A stretch of DNA of 64,000 nt from Lama guanicoe. Taxonomy: Eukaryota. Every line of letters starts with the position of its first letter. Position 1 is the first letter of the stretch. Below are positions 61,050-64,000 of the stretch, piece by piece. The stretch lies in contig MU053758.1 in the NCBI GenBank assembly GCA_013239625.1, positions 124,001 to 188,000 of the forward strand, in the 5' to 3' direction. A program made the translations under genes and the position numbers. Under the pieces are notes generated by a model. That model made no database searches. It saw nothing but the letters and a program-made list of their open reading frames with translations, and was not told where the DNA came from.

Positions 61050-63700
61050 AGGGAGGGAGGGAAAAACAAAAATAAACTAGCAAATGAAAGCGCCCCCTAC
61101 TCAAGATGAGCTCACAAGCAAAAATTCCAAGACACTCCAACAAAACTAGTATGAAGGACAATAGCCAGCAAATCTACCCTGTGCAGATGAATCCACTCTA
61201 GGTAGACAAAATAACAGAGAAGTCTGAAAAGGACATTAAATGAGAATGTTCAAAATCTCTCAAGTGATAAATGACAGAACCACACATGTGAAAAAGAAAA
61301 TATGAAACAAAAACAGGCATAAATGAATGAGAGTATTTGGATATGAAACCAACTTAAAATTGTTGAAGATAAAGGTAAAGTAAACCAAAAGGGAGACATG
61401 ACTTGAGATGTTTTTTAAATGTTTTAACAAGCATAAGAGAGTACTATGAACAACTTTATGATAAAAAAATTGGTAATTTACATCAAATTTACGAGAATTC
61501 TATAGAAATATTTTGACTTTGAATATAAAATTGATTCAGTGGACATACAGATCAATAACCACTAAAGACATGGAATTGATATTTTAAAATTTCTCCCCTT
61601 TATCTCACTCCTTCCCATTCACATTCCCACCCCAACCATCTCCCCAGTAACTTAAACCAAAAAAAAAAAAAAAGACACAAGGACCAGATAAATTTTAATG
61701 AAACTTCAAGAAACATATTATCCCTATTTTATTTCAATTCACTTCAGAAAATAGTGATAAAAGGAAAGCTACCCAATTCATCTTATGAGACTTGTATAAT
61801 ACTGAAAACAAAACTGGGCAAGGACATTACAGGAAAAAGATAGTGTCAGCTTTGAATACAGATGCAAGACTCCTAAATAAGACAGCAACAAATTTAATTC
61901 AGCATTTAATCACATAATGCATTGCAATCAAGATGGGTTTGTTCCAGAAATGCAAGAACAACTTCAACAGCAGAAAATCAATCAATGTAAACCACTCCAT
62001 GAACCCAATTAAAGGAGAAAAATTATTCCAGTAGGTGCAGACAAATTACCTGATAAAATTCAATATTCATTCATAATAAAAATTCTCAGCAAGGGAACAG
62101 AAAATAGAAATTAGAAACGGAAACCTTTTTAGCAACAGAAATGGAAGGAAAGAAGGAAACTTTCTCACCCTGATACACCTATACATTCCTACACAGCAAA
62201 CATAAATGGTGTAACATTAGAATATTCTTCTTAAAGTTAGGAAGAGTCAGAAGTGCCGGCTCCCACTGCTACTATCTAACACTGTATCAGAGACTTTAGC
62301 AAAACGCAATAAAACAAGAAAAAGAAACAAATTCTAAGAATTGGAAAGGAAGAGACAAAAATCATTATTTGTTCAAAAGACTCTATATATTAAAAAGAAA
62401 TCACTAGAATAAGTGCAGAAAGGATGCTGTTTGTAAGCTCGACATTCAAAAGTCACTACTGTCCTACATACTAACAACAACCAATTAAACTGTAGAAGAA
62501 AAAGATCCAATTTATAAAAACAATAAGAAGTACAAGGTACCTAAGACTAAATCCAATAAAATGTGCAATTCCTTTACAAATAAACTTAAAAAATAAATTA
62601 TTGGAGAACCTATGAGGAGACCATGGCATGGAGACTATAACATGGAGACATATACTGGATTCATGGCTGGGAATATTCAATTTCATAAAGTTGTCAGTTC
62701 ATTTCTAATTAATCTACAAATCATATGAAATGCTCATCAATCATGAGCTGATGTTAAAATTCTAAGGAAACAGAAAAGGCCAAGAAGTGCTAAGAAAATT
62801 TTGCTAGATGAAAATTTTGCTAATCATCCTGAAGTATGGAATTTCTCCCCATTGGCTATAGAACCCGTTATAAATTGTATTGAAATGTTGTGGACCAAGC
62901 CCAAGATAAAAGATCGAGGCAACCATAAAAAGCCTGAGTTCAGACCCCCCGCATGCATGAAACAGGGTGTGTGAGGGGCTGGCAGTACCAGTCAGAGGAG
63001 GTTGGACCACTTGGTATGTGCTTGTGGGATAGGATGCTCTCTGTATACAAAAAATTAGGTCCCCATCACATGTCACACAGAAGCATAACTTCTAGGTGGG
63101 TTAAATACCTAAATATGAGAACCAAGCATGTACAGCTTTTGAAAAAAAAATACAAGAGAATATCTTTATGGCTCCAATGTAGGGAAAATTTTCTTGAACA
63201 AGGAACAAAAAGCAAAAGCTAGAAAGACAACAATGAATCAATCTTGTTAAAGGATAAAGCCTTTAAAAATTGTTTATGTATCTATTCTTTTTAAGATTCT
63301 TTTCCATTATAGGTTATTACAAGATAGTGACTCTAGTTCCCAAAGGATAAAGTTTGGTAACAACAAAAGATCCCAGAAACAAATCAAAAGACAAGCCATG
63401 GACTGACAAAAGGTCAGAAACTAGAACTTCATGCTGTAGTGTGATAACTTTTCATGAAAAGTTCAAAGGTTTGTTAAACCACACTGTGTGCACGCAGTGT
63501 AGGAACCGAAATCTACACTGTAAATGTACGAAAATAGGGAAAAGAAAGATCGTGGCTCCTGGAAGAAGGGAGGAGAATTAGATCGTGGAGATTTCCACTG
63601 TATCTGTAACACTGTATCTTCAGAACAAATCTGAGGCCAAAAGGAGGTTTTTGTGAATTTCTTGTACTTATCTTTCATTTTTGAGATAGTTATGATGTTA
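61050..63700 (+). mobile_element. Old, decayed LINE-1 (ORF2 region) in a B4GALNT2 intron
   Basis: A-rich, with decayed ORF2 motifs (CCAGAAATGCAAG, GATAAAATTCAATATTCATTCAT, GAATTGGAAAGGAAGA). Confidence 0.7.
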
Positions 63701-64000
63701 AGCAAATACTTTAAATATCCTCCTCAAATATCCTTTTCCATAGATATTTAATGCTATTACTTTTAAATGACAGTTTATATTTTGAATAGAATCTATTTGA
63801 ATAGATTACATTTTTAATGTATATTAAATCTGATATTCCACAAAATGTCAACTGGTTCAAAATTCTATATATTGAAAGTAATGCCATGAAAATCTCCCCA
63901 TCCCTGTCCCCAGCTACTTGGTTCTTCTCTAGGAGGTTACCAATGTTTCCAAATTCTTGTTTATTTTTCCATAATCAAGCAATTATGTACATATGCTTTT

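Larger units (their letters stand above)
53925..64000 (-). other. B4GALNT2: B4GALNT2 gene, 3' part (last four coding exons; 5' exons presumably beyond the window end)
   Basis: Four exons join in frame; candidate AATAAA on the minus strand at 53944-53949; no further exon recognised in 58626-64000. Confidence 0.85.

Overview
Mammalian genomic DNA, most likely camelid (about 14 tRNA-derived SINEs resembling the camelid Vic-1 family). It is the conserved PHOSPHO1-ABI3-GNGT2-tRNA-Gln-B4GALNT2 block. PHOSPHO1 (+): CDS join 13617..13661,15463..16221, 267 aa, plus an alternative 291-aa form from ATG 15346. ABI3 (-): 8 coding exons 26457->17764, 356 aa. GNGT2 (+): join 29008..29091,29537..29662, 69 aa. 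An intact tRNA-Gln(TTG) lies on the minus strand at 40535..40606 inside a CpG island. The last four coding exons of B4GALNT2 (-) span 58625->54734; upstream exons were not found in the window. The remainder is L1, ERV/MaLR LTR, SINE and MIR/L2-type repeats with one 18-N gap. I found no new protein-coding system. The best leads are non-coding: (i) an exact 38-bp direct repeat on both sides of PHOSPHO1 exon 2, each copy next to a candidate splice site; (ii) uORF and splice-coupled translational control of PHOSPHO1; (iii) six exact PU.1 9-mers across ABI3/GNGT2 next to a CRX+MARE module; (iv) an E->Q change in the ABI3 SH3 RT loop; (v) unusual L1 insertions; (vi) inverted SINEs bracketing the B4GALNT2 catalytic exons. 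Comparisons with human come from memory, not from alignments run here.
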